Part shown: positions 8,982-17,684 of the stretch, in pieces
How positions within the stretch are numbered: the first letter of the stretch is position 1
How the letters are laid out: each line of letters begins with the position of its first letter
From: Bacillota bacterium
GTDB lineage: Bacteria; Bacillota; Dethiobacteria; DTU022; UBA8154
DNA: 64,000 nucleotides
NCBI GenBank assembly: GCA_012728375.1
Contig: JAAYFF010000025.1
Span: forward strand, 13,741 to 77,740
Direction of reading: 5' to 3'
The notes under the pieces: model-generated
Database searches by the model: none
What the model was told of the DNA's origin: nothing
Seen by the model: only the letters and a program-made list of their open reading frames with translations
Program-made: the position numbers and the translations under genes

Positions 8982-9018
8982 ATGCAAAAAAGTCCAAAAA
9001 ATTTGGGCTTTTTTGCAT
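8982..9018 (+). terminator. 17-bp AT-rich hairpin ATGCAAAAAAGTCCAAA-AAA-TTTGGGCTTTTTTGCAT downstream of crt
   Basis: Perfect stem except for one G.T wobble. The T-run lies in the 3' arm. It starts 25 nt after the crt stop. Confidence 0.5.
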
Positions 9019-9030
9019 GTACAAGTATAT

Positions 9031-9060
9031 TTCCACTATGTGAAAAAAATGTGTTATAAT
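9031..9060 (+). promoter_or_regulatory. Sigma-A type promoter with extended -10 (TGtTATAAT) for gatCAB
   Basis: TTCCAC-N18-TGT-TATAAT at 9031-9060. Confidence 0.4.
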
Positions 9061-9096
9061 TTGTGTATGTCACAACAGTAAGGATGGTGAAGATGA

Positions 9097-9384
9097 TTGG
9101 AAATTTCCCGGGAAGAGTTCATGCAAGCGTCGTGGGATGCCCGTCTGGAACTGATGCCGGAAGAATTGGAAGGATTGGAGAAACAGACAAAAAATATCTT
9201 CGAACAGGCAACTTTTTTGCAAAGTAGTGCGCTGGATGATGTGGAAGCCACATATTTTCCCCTTGCACAGAAAAATACAGTGAGAGAAGATCTCGCTGCA
9301 CCTTCTTTACCGCTGGAAACAGCGTTGTCGAATGCTCCTGGAGCTGAATCGCCTTACATCCAGGTTCCAAAGATTGTCGAGTAA
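9097..9384 (+). CDS. gatC: Asp-tRNA(Asn)/Glu-tRNA(Gln) amidotransferase subunit C
   Basis: 95 aa with a GatC-like sequence. TTG start at 9097 directly follows an in-frame TGA. AGGA lies 12 nt upstream. Confidence 0.8.
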   Translation: MEISREEFMQASWDARLELMPEELEGLEKQTKNIFEQATFLQSSALDDVEATYFPLAQKNTVREDLAAPSLPLETALSNAPGAESPYIQVPKIVE

Positions 9385-9416
9385 GGTATATTATAATTGA
9401 AGGGAGACCTGATTTT

Positions 9417-10865
9417 TTGGATTTCTATAAACATATCGTTCAAAAACTCGCCGGGGAAGTCAACGCCAAAGAGGTTTCCCCGCAACAAATCGGAGAAGAT
9501 GTGGCGCGGCGTTGTGCTGCAGTACACGAAAAGTGCAATGCCTTCATTAAATTTGACCCCGAATTGATTGAGAAAGGAATAAAGGACATCTCGCAAAAAA
9601 TTGCGCAGAATAAAAAACTGCCGCTGGCCGGTGTTTCCTTTGGTCTGTCCGATGCAATCTGCGTAGGCGGAACGACGACGACCTGTGCCTCACGGATGCT
9701 GGAATCTTATCGACCTCCTTTTGAAGCGTCGGTTGTCTTGAAATTGAAGGAATGGGGAGCTTTTCCTGCCGGCAAAACCAATATGGATGAGTTCAACCTT
9801 GGAGCAACCGGAAAAAACTCCTTTTTCGGGGAAATAAAAAATCCCTGGGATACAGAATATACAGCCGGCAGCGGAGCTGCGGCAGCTGTCTCAAGTCGTG
9901 CTGTGAATTTTGCCCTCGCTCCGGACGGATGCGGTGAGTTGAGATATTCCGCCTCCTACTGCGGTATTCCTGCCCTTAAGCCTACGTATGGCAGAGTTTC
10001 CCGTAAAGGTTTGGTTGATGTGGCTCCCTCCCTGGATCAAATCGGCATTATGGCCCCATCTGTCCTTGATCTTGCCGCAATTTTGGAGGCTATTAGCGGA
10101 TATGATCCGGAGGATCCCACTTCATTTGCCCATGAGGTACCTTCATATACATTGCTACTGCAGGAAAAAGAAAACATTGGTCCCTTTAAGGTTGCTGTTC
10201 CGGAGAACTGGGCGGAAGCTCCTTATCTGGAAGAGGGGATTAAAAAAGCCTTTCTTGAGACATTGGAATATTTAAAGAAGGAAAATTTCCAGGTACAAAT
10301 GGTTTCCTTGCCGAATTTTTCGCATTCCCTTGTCACTGCTGCCATAATTCGTGCTGTGGAGGCCTTTTCTTCTCTGGGCAATTATGATGGTGTGCGATTT
10401 GGGCTCAGGGTAGAAGGAAGCCATCTGCAGGAAATGTACAGAAAAAGCCGCACAGAAGGTTTTGGCAGCAACCTGAAACAGTTCCTGACTTTTGGAGCCC
10501 TCATCTCCGCGGGAAACTACTACGGCATGGTTTTCCAAAAAGCACAAAAGATGCGCACCCTTATTATTAAGGAATTGGAAAGCTGCCTGCAGTCATTTGA
10601 TCTGCTCTTTATTCCTGCCGTTCCCTTTCAGGCGCCGCTGCTGAGCAGCAACGACAAGGCATGTTTGCTGCCCGACCCCGCGGGCTATTACACTGCTGCA
10701 GCAAACCTTGCCGGCCTGCCGGCAATCACCATTCCGGTGCCTGCCGAATCTGTTAGCGGCTCAGCCGGAGTGCAATTTATCGGGAAGGCCTTTGATGAAG
10801 CAAAACTTTTACAAGCCGGCCTGCTCCTTGAAAAAGAAAACCCTCCGCGTTTTCCCAATGTTTAA
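9417..10865 (+). CDS. gatA: Glutamyl-tRNA(Gln) amidotransferase subunit A (amidase family)
   Basis: Amidase signature (GGSSGG-like GSGAAAAVSS, KPTYGRVSR). TTG start with GGGAG RBS. 482 aa. Confidence 0.9.
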   Translation: MDFYKHIVQKLAGEVNAKEVSPQQIGEDVARRCAAVHEKCNAFIKFDPELIEKGIKDISQKIAQNKKLPLAGVSFGLSDAICVGGTTTTCASRMLESYRPPFEASVVLKLKEWGAFPAGKTNMDEFNLGATGKNSFFGEIKNPWDTEYTAGSGAAAAVSSRAVNFALAPDGCGELRYSASYCGIPALKPTYGRVSRKGLVDVAPSLDQIGIMAPSVLDLAAILEAISGYDPEDPTSFAHEVPSYTLLLQEKENIGPFKVAVPENWAEAPYLEEGIKKAFLETLEYLKKENFQVQMVSLPNFSHSLVTAAIIRAVEAFSSLGNYDGVRFGLRVEGSHLQEMYRKSRTEGFGSNLKQFLTFGALISAGNYYGMVFQKAQKMRTLIIKELESCLQSFDLLFIPAVPFQAPLLSSNDKACLLPDPAGYYTAAANLAGLPAITIPVPAESVSGSAGVQFIGKAFDEAKLLQAGLLLEKENPPRFPNV

Positions 10866-10938
10866 GGAGATTGGCTGTGTTATCCGGTTTAAAGTCTACC
10901 ATTTTTAGAAGTGTTCAAGATTAGAAGGAGGGATTTTT

Positions 10939-12387
10939 TTGCACGAATATGAAACCGTAATCGGACTGGAAGTTCATGTGGAACTGTTGACCGATACGAA
11001 ATTGTTTTGCGGATGCAGTACCGCCTTTGGAGCCGAACCGAATACGCAGGTCTGCCCAATATGCCTGGGCCTTCCCGGAGGTACACTGCCTCTGTTAAAT
11101 AAAAAAGCGGCAGAATTTACCATTAAAGCCGCTTTGGCGCTCAACTGCGAGATTGCTCCAAAGATTGCTTTTGACCGGAAAAATTATTTCTATGCGGATT
11201 TGCCCAAGGGCTTTCAGATTTCTCAATATTTTTATCCCATGGGGAGAAATGGTTATATAGAATTCCTGGTTAATGGAAAAACAAAAAGAGTCGGTATTCA
11301 CCAGCTCCACCTGGAAGAGGATACGGGCAAGCTTTCCCATATTGGGGACGACATTATCTCTTCTCCCTCCAGCAGGGTTGATTTTAACCGGGCCGGAGTG
11401 CCGCTGATGGAAATCGTCTCCGAGCCGGATATTCGATCTGCAGAAGAGGCACGGCTTTTTCTGCAGAAACTGCGCTCCATCATTCGTTACCTGGACATTT
11501 CGGATTGTAAAATGGAAGAGGGCTCCATGCGTTGCGACGCCAATATCAGCATACGCCCCGTTGGCTCCACTGAGTTTGGGAAGAAAACGGAGCTAAAAAA
11601 CATGAATTCCTTCCGCTCAGTTTATCGCGGTATAGAATACGAGGCAGAGAGGCAACGTTCCGTTGTGCTTTCGGGAGAAAGCGTTATTCCCGAAACCAGG
11701 CATTGGGACGAAGCCAAGGGTGTGACCCGGGCAATGCGCAGCAAGCTTGTTTCGGCAGATTATCGCTGTTTCCCTGATCCCAATATTCCACCCTATCCTG
11801 TTACTGAAGAATGGATACAAGAAATTAAAAAGACTATTCCCGAGCTTCCTGACGAGCGCTACAAGCGTTTAACAGAAGAGCACGACCTTCCGTCTTCAAC
11901 TGCAGAAGTGCTCACCAGCTCAAAAGAGTTGGCTGATTTTTATGATGCCGTCCTCTCCGTTCACAATGAGCCCAAAACGGTCAGCAACTGGATTGTAAGC
12001 GAGTACCTGGGCCTTCTCAACGCAGCAGGCATGGATATTACGGAATCAAAGATAACGCCCGCCGGGCTCGGAAAGCTTTTGCAAAGCATCGCAAAAGGTG
12101 AAATAAGCGGAAAAATAGGGAAAACAGTCTTTGAAGAGATGTTTAACACCGGCGAAGATCCGGCGCTGATTATTGAAAAAAAGGGGCTCAAGCAGATATC
12201 CGATACAGATACCCTCTCCCGGATTATCTCCGCGGTCCTGGCCGCAAACCCGCAATCTATTGAAGATTACCGCAAAGGTAAAAAAAGAGCCATGGGCTTT
12301 CTGGTCGGTCAGATTATGAAAGAAACAAAGGGTCAGGCCAATCCACAGCTCGTCAACAAGCTGCTCATGGAGGAGCTGAACAAGTAG
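10939..12387 (+). CDS. gatB: Aspartyl/glutamyl-tRNA amidotransferase subunit B
   Basis: MHEYETVIGLEVHVEL is the canonical GatB N-terminus. TTG start with GAAGGAGG RBS. 482 aa. Confidence 0.9.
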   Translation: MHEYETVIGLEVHVELLTDTKLFCGCSTAFGAEPNTQVCPICLGLPGGTLPLLNKKAAEFTIKAALALNCEIAPKIAFDRKNYFYADLPKGFQISQYFYPMGRNGYIEFLVNGKTKRVGIHQLHLEEDTGKLSHIGDDIISSPSSRVDFNRAGVPLMEIVSEPDIRSAEEARLFLQKLRSIIRYLDISDCKMEEGSMRCDANISIRPVGSTEFGKKTELKNMNSFRSVYRGIEYEAERQRSVVLSGESVIPETRHWDEAKGVTRAMRSKLVSADYRCFPDPNIPPYPVTEEWIQEIKKTIPELPDERYKRLTEEHDLPSSTAEVLTSSKELADFYDAVLSVHNEPKTVSNWIVSEYLGLLNAAGMDITESKITPAGLGKLLQSIAKGEISGKIGKTVFEEMFNTGEDPALIIEKKGLKQISDTDTLSRIISAVLAANPQSIEDYRKGKKRAMGFLVGQIMKETKGQANPQLVNKLLMEELNK

Positions 12388-12422
12388 CGAAATTTCTTGG
12401 GCTGCAGGACGATATAACGTTT

Positions 12423-12448
12423 GAAGCCCCCTTAAAAAAGGGGGCTTC
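12423..12448. terminator. Hairpin GAAGCCCCC-TTAAAAAA-GGGGGCTTC between convergent gatB and the 4Fe-4S gene
   Basis: Perfect 9-bp GC-rich stem. The flanking U-tracts are weak. Confidence 0.45.
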
Positions 12449-12455
12449 TACAGAT

Positions 12456-13169
12456 TTATTCAAGTATCTCTCCCTCTATGCTGATAACAACAACTTCCAG
12501 GGGTATTTGTTTGCCGCTGCCTTCTATTGCCTGTTCCAAAAGGCGCTTTAATCCGGAACAGCAGGGCACTTCCATAATAAGAGCGGTTATTTTTTGTATT
12601 TCGTTATCCTTGATAATTTTAGTTAGCTTTTCCAGGTATATTATTGTATTGTCAAGCTTGGGACAGCCGACGCAAAGGGCCGTCCCTTCGCCCAGAAAAG
12701 TACGGTGAAAATCGCCATAGGCAAAGGGAACGCAGTCCGCAGCAACGATAAGATTTGCTTCCCGAAAAAATACGGCATTTGTCGGAAGGAGGGCCAGTTG
12801 TACCGGCCATTGGCGCAGAAGGGAAGGTGCCCTTTCCCCTTTTTCAATTGGAAAAGGACGGCTGGTGGTTCTTGCCAAAGAGGAAGGACATCCGCTGACC
12901 GGAGAGCAAAAGTCCAGCGCTGTTGCCTGCATGCTGCTTAGATGTTTCTTGACTGCTTCCTCATCGTACGCCTCAGCATCACGCTCCACAATGGTGATTG
13001 CCCCGTGCGGACATTCCTTCAGACAGTCTCCCAGGCCGTCACAGAGTTTTTCGGCAATAAGGCGCGCTTTTCCATCAATAATTTGTATTGCTCCCTCGTG
13101 GCAGGCCGGGATACATATTCCGCAACCAGTGCATTTATCTTCATCAATATGCACAATTTTCCTTTTCAA
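12456..13169 (-). CDS. 4Fe-4S dicluster-domain protein, uncharacterised
   Basis: N-terminal CTGCGICIPACHEG and CDGLGDCLKECP ferredoxin motifs, plus a Cys-rich C-terminus (CVGCP, EVPCCSG). TTG start with GGGGGAGG RBS. Confidence 0.6.
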   Translation of the reverse strand: MKRKIVHIDEDKCTGCGICIPACHEGAIQIIDGKARLIAEKLCDGLGDCLKECPHGAITIVERDAEAYDEEAVKKHLSSMQATALDFCSPVSGCPSSLARTTSRPFPIEKGERAPSLLRQWPVQLALLPTNAVFFREANLIVAADCVPFAYGDFHRTFLGEGTALCVGCPKLDNTIIYLEKLTKIIKDNEIQKITALIMEVPCCSGLKRLLEQAIEGSGKQIPLEVVVISIEGEILE

Positions 13170-13228
13170 AATGTCCTCCCCCTAAAGTTTTTAAAATTAA
13201 AAAAGTTTTGGATATACGGGAATGGAAA

Positions 13229-14224
13229 TTATACATTTAACTCGACAATGTCCCCGTCTTCCAGGACATAATCCCGGGCTACCGATTGCCCGTCATATTT
13301 GGAGGAACCCCAGATACGGGCATTTTTTAGGCGGTTCGGAAAATCCCGGTGAATGTTGTAGGCCAGATCGAGGACTGTTTCTCCCCTTTTAAGGACAAAG
13401 GGAGTGCCCATATCGGGCTGTTTTCCCGGAGCTTTGGTATAAACCCGGATGATTTCCAGCGCTTGAAAAATCTTTTCTTTCAGCGCATTAAGGGTTGTTT
13501 CGTCGTTAACGGATACCTGAAGAAAGGAAAGGTTTGGATTTAGTTCCTGCAAAATTTTTAAGTTTTCCCGGCTTTGCGGGTGATCAGATTTTGTCGCGGC
13601 AATGAGGAAAGGAAGAACTTGTATTTTTCCAATCTTACCGTCTTCCGCGGGAGGACGCTTGCCGGACAGATCGTAAATTACTTTTTTATTGAGCAAAAAA
13701 GAAAGCGTTTCTTCCGTTTGTTCCAGGCAGAGGTCCGAGCTGGTATCAATGGTAATTAGCAGCAGATCCCCCCCCCGGAGCGTATTTAACAGGCCTGGCG
13801 GAGGTCCTTCGCTGCTGATGGGCGGTGTATCGACCAATTGAATAAAAATATCTTGATATGGCATCATTCCTGCCAAGGGGAAGGAAGTTGTAAAGGGATA
13901 TTCGGCTACTTTGGCTTTAGCCCTGGTGAGGGCTGATAGGAGGGATGACTTGCCGGTATTGGGATAACCTACCATAACAACTTGCCCCGCGCCTTGTTTT
14001 TCTACAAAGAAAGGATTATAACGGCTGCCCTTGGCTTTTTTCTCGCCTTCCTCTTTTAATTTGGAGAGGCGTCGTTTAAGGTCAGCCTGCAGTTTTTCCG
14101 TCCCTTTGTGTTTGGGTATCACGGCCAGCATTTCCTGAAGGGCTTCAATTTTTTCCTCGAGCGTGGAAGCTTTCTTAAAAGCTTCTTCAGCAGCATGGTA
14201 CTGAGGTGTAAGGTTAGCCGGCAT
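13229..14224 (-). CDS. Obg-family GTPase with C-terminal TGS domain, DRG/Rbg-like
   Basis: G1 GYPNTGKSSLLSAL. N-terminal coiled-coil region like DRG proteins. C-terminal TGS-like segment (VLEDGDIVEL). Confidence 0.65.
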   Translation of the reverse strand: MPANLTPQYHAAEEAFKKASTLEEKIEALQEMLAVIPKHKGTEKLQADLKRRLSKLKEEGEKKAKGSRYNPFFVEKQGAGQVVMVGYPNTGKSSLLSALTRAKAKVAEYPFTTSFPLAGMMPYQDIFIQLVDTPPISSEGPPPGLLNTLRGGDLLLITIDTSSDLCLEQTEETLSFLLNKKVIYDLSGKRPPAEDGKIGKIQVLPFLIAATKSDHPQSRENLKILQELNPNLSFLQVSVNDETTLNALKEKIFQALEIIRVYTKAPGKQPDMGTPFVLKRGETVLDLAYNIHRDFPNRLKNARIWGSSKYDGQSVARDYVLEDGDIVELNV

Positions 14225-14331
14225 TGAACTTTCCCTACCTCTTTTAGTAAATAAAATATTTAAGTTCTAAATATTTCCGAAGGGCTTTACCCCTTCCCTT
14301 ATATTTATTTTATCTTGAAATGGTGATAAAA

Positions 14332-17220
14332 TCAATGCCCTGGAGCTTCATCCCCTGATAACCCGTAGTTTTGGGAGAGTATGTTCAGATCAAGGTTATT
14401 AACAAAACCGTCACCGTTCAGGTCGGCAAGAGAATTCCAGTTTTTATCGCCGGGTTTGGTAAAATAAGCCAGGGATAAGAGGGAGAGGTCCGTCAGATCG
14501 ATTTTGTTGTCGTTGTTCAGATCCCCTGCTAGCATCTTGATGGGGCCCAGGTTAATAAACTTTTGTTTTTCCCACAGCTCTATCCCAATTACTTTTGTAA
14601 GATGCTGTCTGCTGCTTATCACTAGCAAATAAGAGCCCAGGGGAAGGTTAAGGTCAAAAGAACCGTCTTTGGCAAAAGATGTAACGGGAAAGATTTCTTT
14701 AGTGTCACGGCAGATAAAACGGGCGGAGATCCTTTCTCCGTTTAATGATGGCTTTCCCTGGAGCTGTATTGTCCCGGTGATACGGGTTCCTTTTTTGATT
14801 ATGTAGGAAAACTCCGAGACAGGCCCTGGAATGGTGCCCAAGTAGGTCCGGGTTTTTAAGATGCTCGTTTTGTCGATGACAATGGGTCTTTCATAGACGG
14901 TGCTTTTTTCATGGGGATCGGTGCCGTCAAGGGTATAGGTTATTTTTTCTCCGCTGCCCGCCTGCAAGCTGATCTCAACCGTATTGATATATGTTCCCGG
15001 GTCGGGATGGGGGACGGCAGGTTTTATCTCCACGACGGCAATCTTAAATTCTGCAGATTTGTCGTTAAACGTTCCCCGGATAATACTTTCTCCCGGAGCA
15101 AGACCTGTAATGACGCCATTTTCAACCCGGGCAACGGCCGGATTGGATGAATGCCAGGTTACCAGCTCAGGTTGGATTTCTTTAAGTATGCGGGAAGAAA
15201 ACATGGCCTCTGCCCTTACAGCGGTTTCCTCACCCAGGGCTATTTTTGTTTTTTCCGGCGTTAGCCTGAGGCGATCGAGAGCCCTTAATGGCAGCGGATA
15301 CGCTTTAAGCGTCAGATCATCAATGTGCCATCCCATTCCTGAACCGTTATTATCGCTCTGAATCCGAAAACGGAGATAGAGGGAATTCGCTTCCCCCGGA
15401 CAGCTGAGGGGAATGGAAAAAGGTTCAAGTTTGCCGTTGCTTCCTGAAAAACGGTAGAGGATGGACCAGTTAATGCCGTCAACGGAAATTTCTACATAAG
15501 CATAGTCTTCACTGTCTTCGGTTTTTGCGAGGCCATAACAATGTTGAAAAAAAAGGACAGGGCTGTGGTATCCGTCTAGGAGGATAGGTTTTGCCGTAGC
15601 AATCCAGGAAGACGTATTGTTATTATAATCTTCCCATGGAGAGTCGGCAAAGGAAAATCTTCCGCTTCCCGCCAGTTCCCTGGTAATTTTCCAGGGGGTT
15701 TCCGGAGAGGTTTTCCAGTTAATGATTCCTTCTTCCGCACCGTCAAAAAAAAGAAGCTCCGGCGGCATGAGAGGCTCGTGTTTAACTGCGGCGTAAACGT
15801 CCGGAAGGCCGTAACCATAAACATTATTGGGACGGGAGCCGGAATTGTCCCAGAGGGGATCCCAAAAGGAAGTACTTTTTAGAAGGTATTTTATCTCTGC
15901 TGGGGAAAGATCGGGCTTGGCCCCCAGCAGAAGGGCAGCTGCTCCGGAAAGGTGAGCTGCTGCTGTGGATGTGCCGTCCTGGATAGCGTATTTTTTGCCG
16001 GGCCAGGTGGAAACGATATTTACGCCCGGTGCAACCAAGTCCGGTTTTATGTAAGAAATATCCTGCCAGCGAACAGGACCCTTGCTGCTGAAATTTGCTG
16101 CTTCAAAGCGGTCGCCCGCCTGTTTAAGGGCGCCTGCACAAAAAGAGTGGGGGTAACTGGCCGGGCTGCCGGGGCCTTCCTCACCGTTGTTGCCGGAGGC
16201 AAAAATTACCGTAATGCCAGCTTTTTCTAAAGTATATAAAATATCCCAATGAAGGAAATCTTCTGCAAATTCAGGTCTTGATGCCCAGGAACAATTGATG
16301 ATGTCCGGGGCATGATCGGGGTTCCCCCCGGGGGCAAGAAGCCATTGAAAGGCCAGGGCGATATGAGAATCCCAGGCATATCCATCGGAAAAGATGTTGA
16401 CGGCAATCCAGCGCGCTCCCGGCGCAATGCCCAGCGGCTTTTCTTTGCTGCCGCCCACGATAATCCCGGTAATATGGGTGCCGTGGCCGTGTGTATCTAC
16501 GGGCCCTTCCGCAGAGTTGGGTAGGGTTCCCGTGGCGTCGAACCAGCTGTCTTTATGGCTGTGGCCCGGGAGATTGCCGCGGTAATTTTGTTCCAGGTCG
16601 GGATGGTTCAGGTCTACCCCCGTATCCATAACGGCAACGACGACACCGTCCCCAAAATAACCTTCCTTCCAAAGGGGGGGTACATTTATAGCCTGCAGAT
16701 TAAAAAGATCTTTGCCTCTGCCGGGGAATTCATCCAAGAACATGCTTGCCTGAAAGACAGCCCGTTCCGGTTTGGAAACAGCGGAGAGGTAGCCGCGGCG
16801 ATGATCCAGGGTGATTGTTTTTATCTGGGGAAGTGCGCAGAGGCGTTTTAAGCCTTCTTTATTTATCTGTGCTGAGAAAGCGTTGATTACCCATAGGGAT
16901 TTGTAGCCGCGAAGGTTTCCATTGGCAGTTTCTTCTTTTAAAATGGGGAGTATTTCTTCCTCAGCAACTTTATTTGCCCTTTGTAATTCTTCAACTGCCG
17001 CACGCCCTGAAGCGGCCTTCATATCGGCAGGATCTTGCCCGGGGAGGGCCTTTTTTTTGAAAAAGGCAATGACAGGGACAAACGGTTCGGAGTCCAGGTA
17101 TTGTAAAACTTCGGGAGAGACGGTATTTTCTGTGTTTTTACCCAGGCAGTAAGTGAAAGGGTTAACAAGAAAAAATGTGATAAGAATTAGAATAGCCGGT
17201 GTTCTAACCTGCTTTAACAT
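14332..17220 (-). CDS. Secreted subtilisin-family (S8) serine protease with Big_2 and Fn3/CHB_HEX_C-like domains and a C-terminal type-I dockerin
   Basis: Signal peptide. The D/H/S triad is present (VMDTGVD, HGTHITG, GTSTAAAHLSGAAALL). The C-terminal DLNNDNKIDLTDLSLL...DLNGDGFVNNLDLNIL tandem Ca-binding repeats are dockerin-like. Confidence 0.85.
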   Translation of the reverse strand: MLKQVRTPAILILITFFLVNPFTYCLGKNTENTVSPEVLQYLDSEPFVPVIAFFKKKALPGQDPADMKAASGRAAVEELQRANKVAEEEILPILKEETANGNLRGYKSLWVINAFSAQINKEGLKRLCALPQIKTITLDHRRGYLSAVSKPERAVFQASMFLDEFPGRGKDLFNLQAINVPPLWKEGYFGDGVVVAVMDTGVDLNHPDLEQNYRGNLPGHSHKDSWFDATGTLPNSAEGPVDTHGHGTHITGIIVGGSKEKPLGIAPGARWIAVNIFSDGYAWDSHIALAFQWLLAPGGNPDHAPDIINCSWASRPEFAEDFLHWDILYTLEKAGITVIFASGNNGEEGPGSPASYPHSFCAGALKQAGDRFEAANFSSKGPVRWQDISYIKPDLVAPGVNIVSTWPGKKYAIQDGTSTAAAHLSGAAALLLGAKPDLSPAEIKYLLKSTSFWDPLWDNSGSRPNNVYGYGLPDVYAAVKHEPLMPPELLFFDGAEEGIINWKTSPETPWKITRELAGSGRFSFADSPWEDYNNNTSSWIATAKPILLDGYHSPVLFFQHCYGLAKTEDSEDYAYVEISVDGINWSILYRFSGSNGKLEPFSIPLSCPGEANSLYLRFRIQSDNNGSGMGWHIDDLTLKAYPLPLRALDRLRLTPEKTKIALGEETAVRAEAMFSSRILKEIQPELVTWHSSNPAVARVENGVITGLAPGESIIRGTFNDKSAEFKIAVVEIKPAVPHPDPGTYINTVEISLQAGSGEKITYTLDGTDPHEKSTVYERPIVIDKTSILKTRTYLGTIPGPVSEFSYIIKKGTRITGTIQLQGKPSLNGERISARFICRDTKEIFPVTSFAKDGSFDLNLPLGSYLLVISSRQHLTKVIGIELWEKQKFINLGPIKMLAGDLNNDNKIDLTDLSLLSLAYFTKPGDKNWNSLADLNGDGFVNNLDLNILSQNYGLSGDEAPGH

Positions 17221-17359
17221 TTCTATGTATTCCGGTCCTTTCTGAAGTGTTTATGTGTTAAAAAGGCGCCAAAGTTATAAATCCACCGTATTAAAAGACG
17301 GTTTATAATGATTATGGTTTTGCAAAAAAAAGCAATATCCTCGATCTTTTTAAAAACCT

Positions 17360-17387
17360 TTGCAGTATCTTTTGAAAAAGGTATAAT
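17360..17387 (+). promoter_or_regulatory. Sigma-A type promoter (TTGCAG-N16-TATAAT) about 300 nt upstream of rnfC
   Basis: Leaves a long leader from 17388 to 17684. Confidence 0.4.
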
Positions 17388-17684
17388 AAACTAGGATTTC
17401 ATTAGTCAAGAGCCTGCCGCTTGGTTAAGAATGGACGGGCTTAAAGGGGGTGTTGCAGTAAGGCGGGTATTTGATTTTCAAAGGATTCGCCTCCGTAAAG
17501 GGGCACGATTCTTGTAAGGCCTGATGAAACGTATGGTTATGTAACCAAGCCCTATGGAGCAATTTTTGCAGAAAGAAGATGCGGAGGAAGGAATTCTCGA
17601 GAAAATCACGAATTAAAGATGTTGGCAGGAGGTATGTAGTAGTTAGAAAAATTCAAAAATGAACAAAAAGGGGTGAATTAGTGG

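Noticed and set aside
12456-13169. Assigning the 4Fe-4S protein to a specific family (FrhB/FdhB-like, or the ferredoxin domain of a dehydrogenase)
   Set aside because: Only the two ferredoxin CxxCxxCxxxCP motifs and a Cys-rich tail are recognisable. Without an HMM search any specific name would be a guess.
17221-17684. Known riboswitch (SAM, TPP, FMN, cobalamin, glycine, purine, c-di-GMP, Moco) in the rnf leader, or a Rex operator
   Set aside because: I could not find the conserved core sequences of any of these classes by eye (for example CUGAGA for TPP, the Moco stems, or TTGTGAA-N4-TTCACAA for Rex). It is left as an unexplained long leader.
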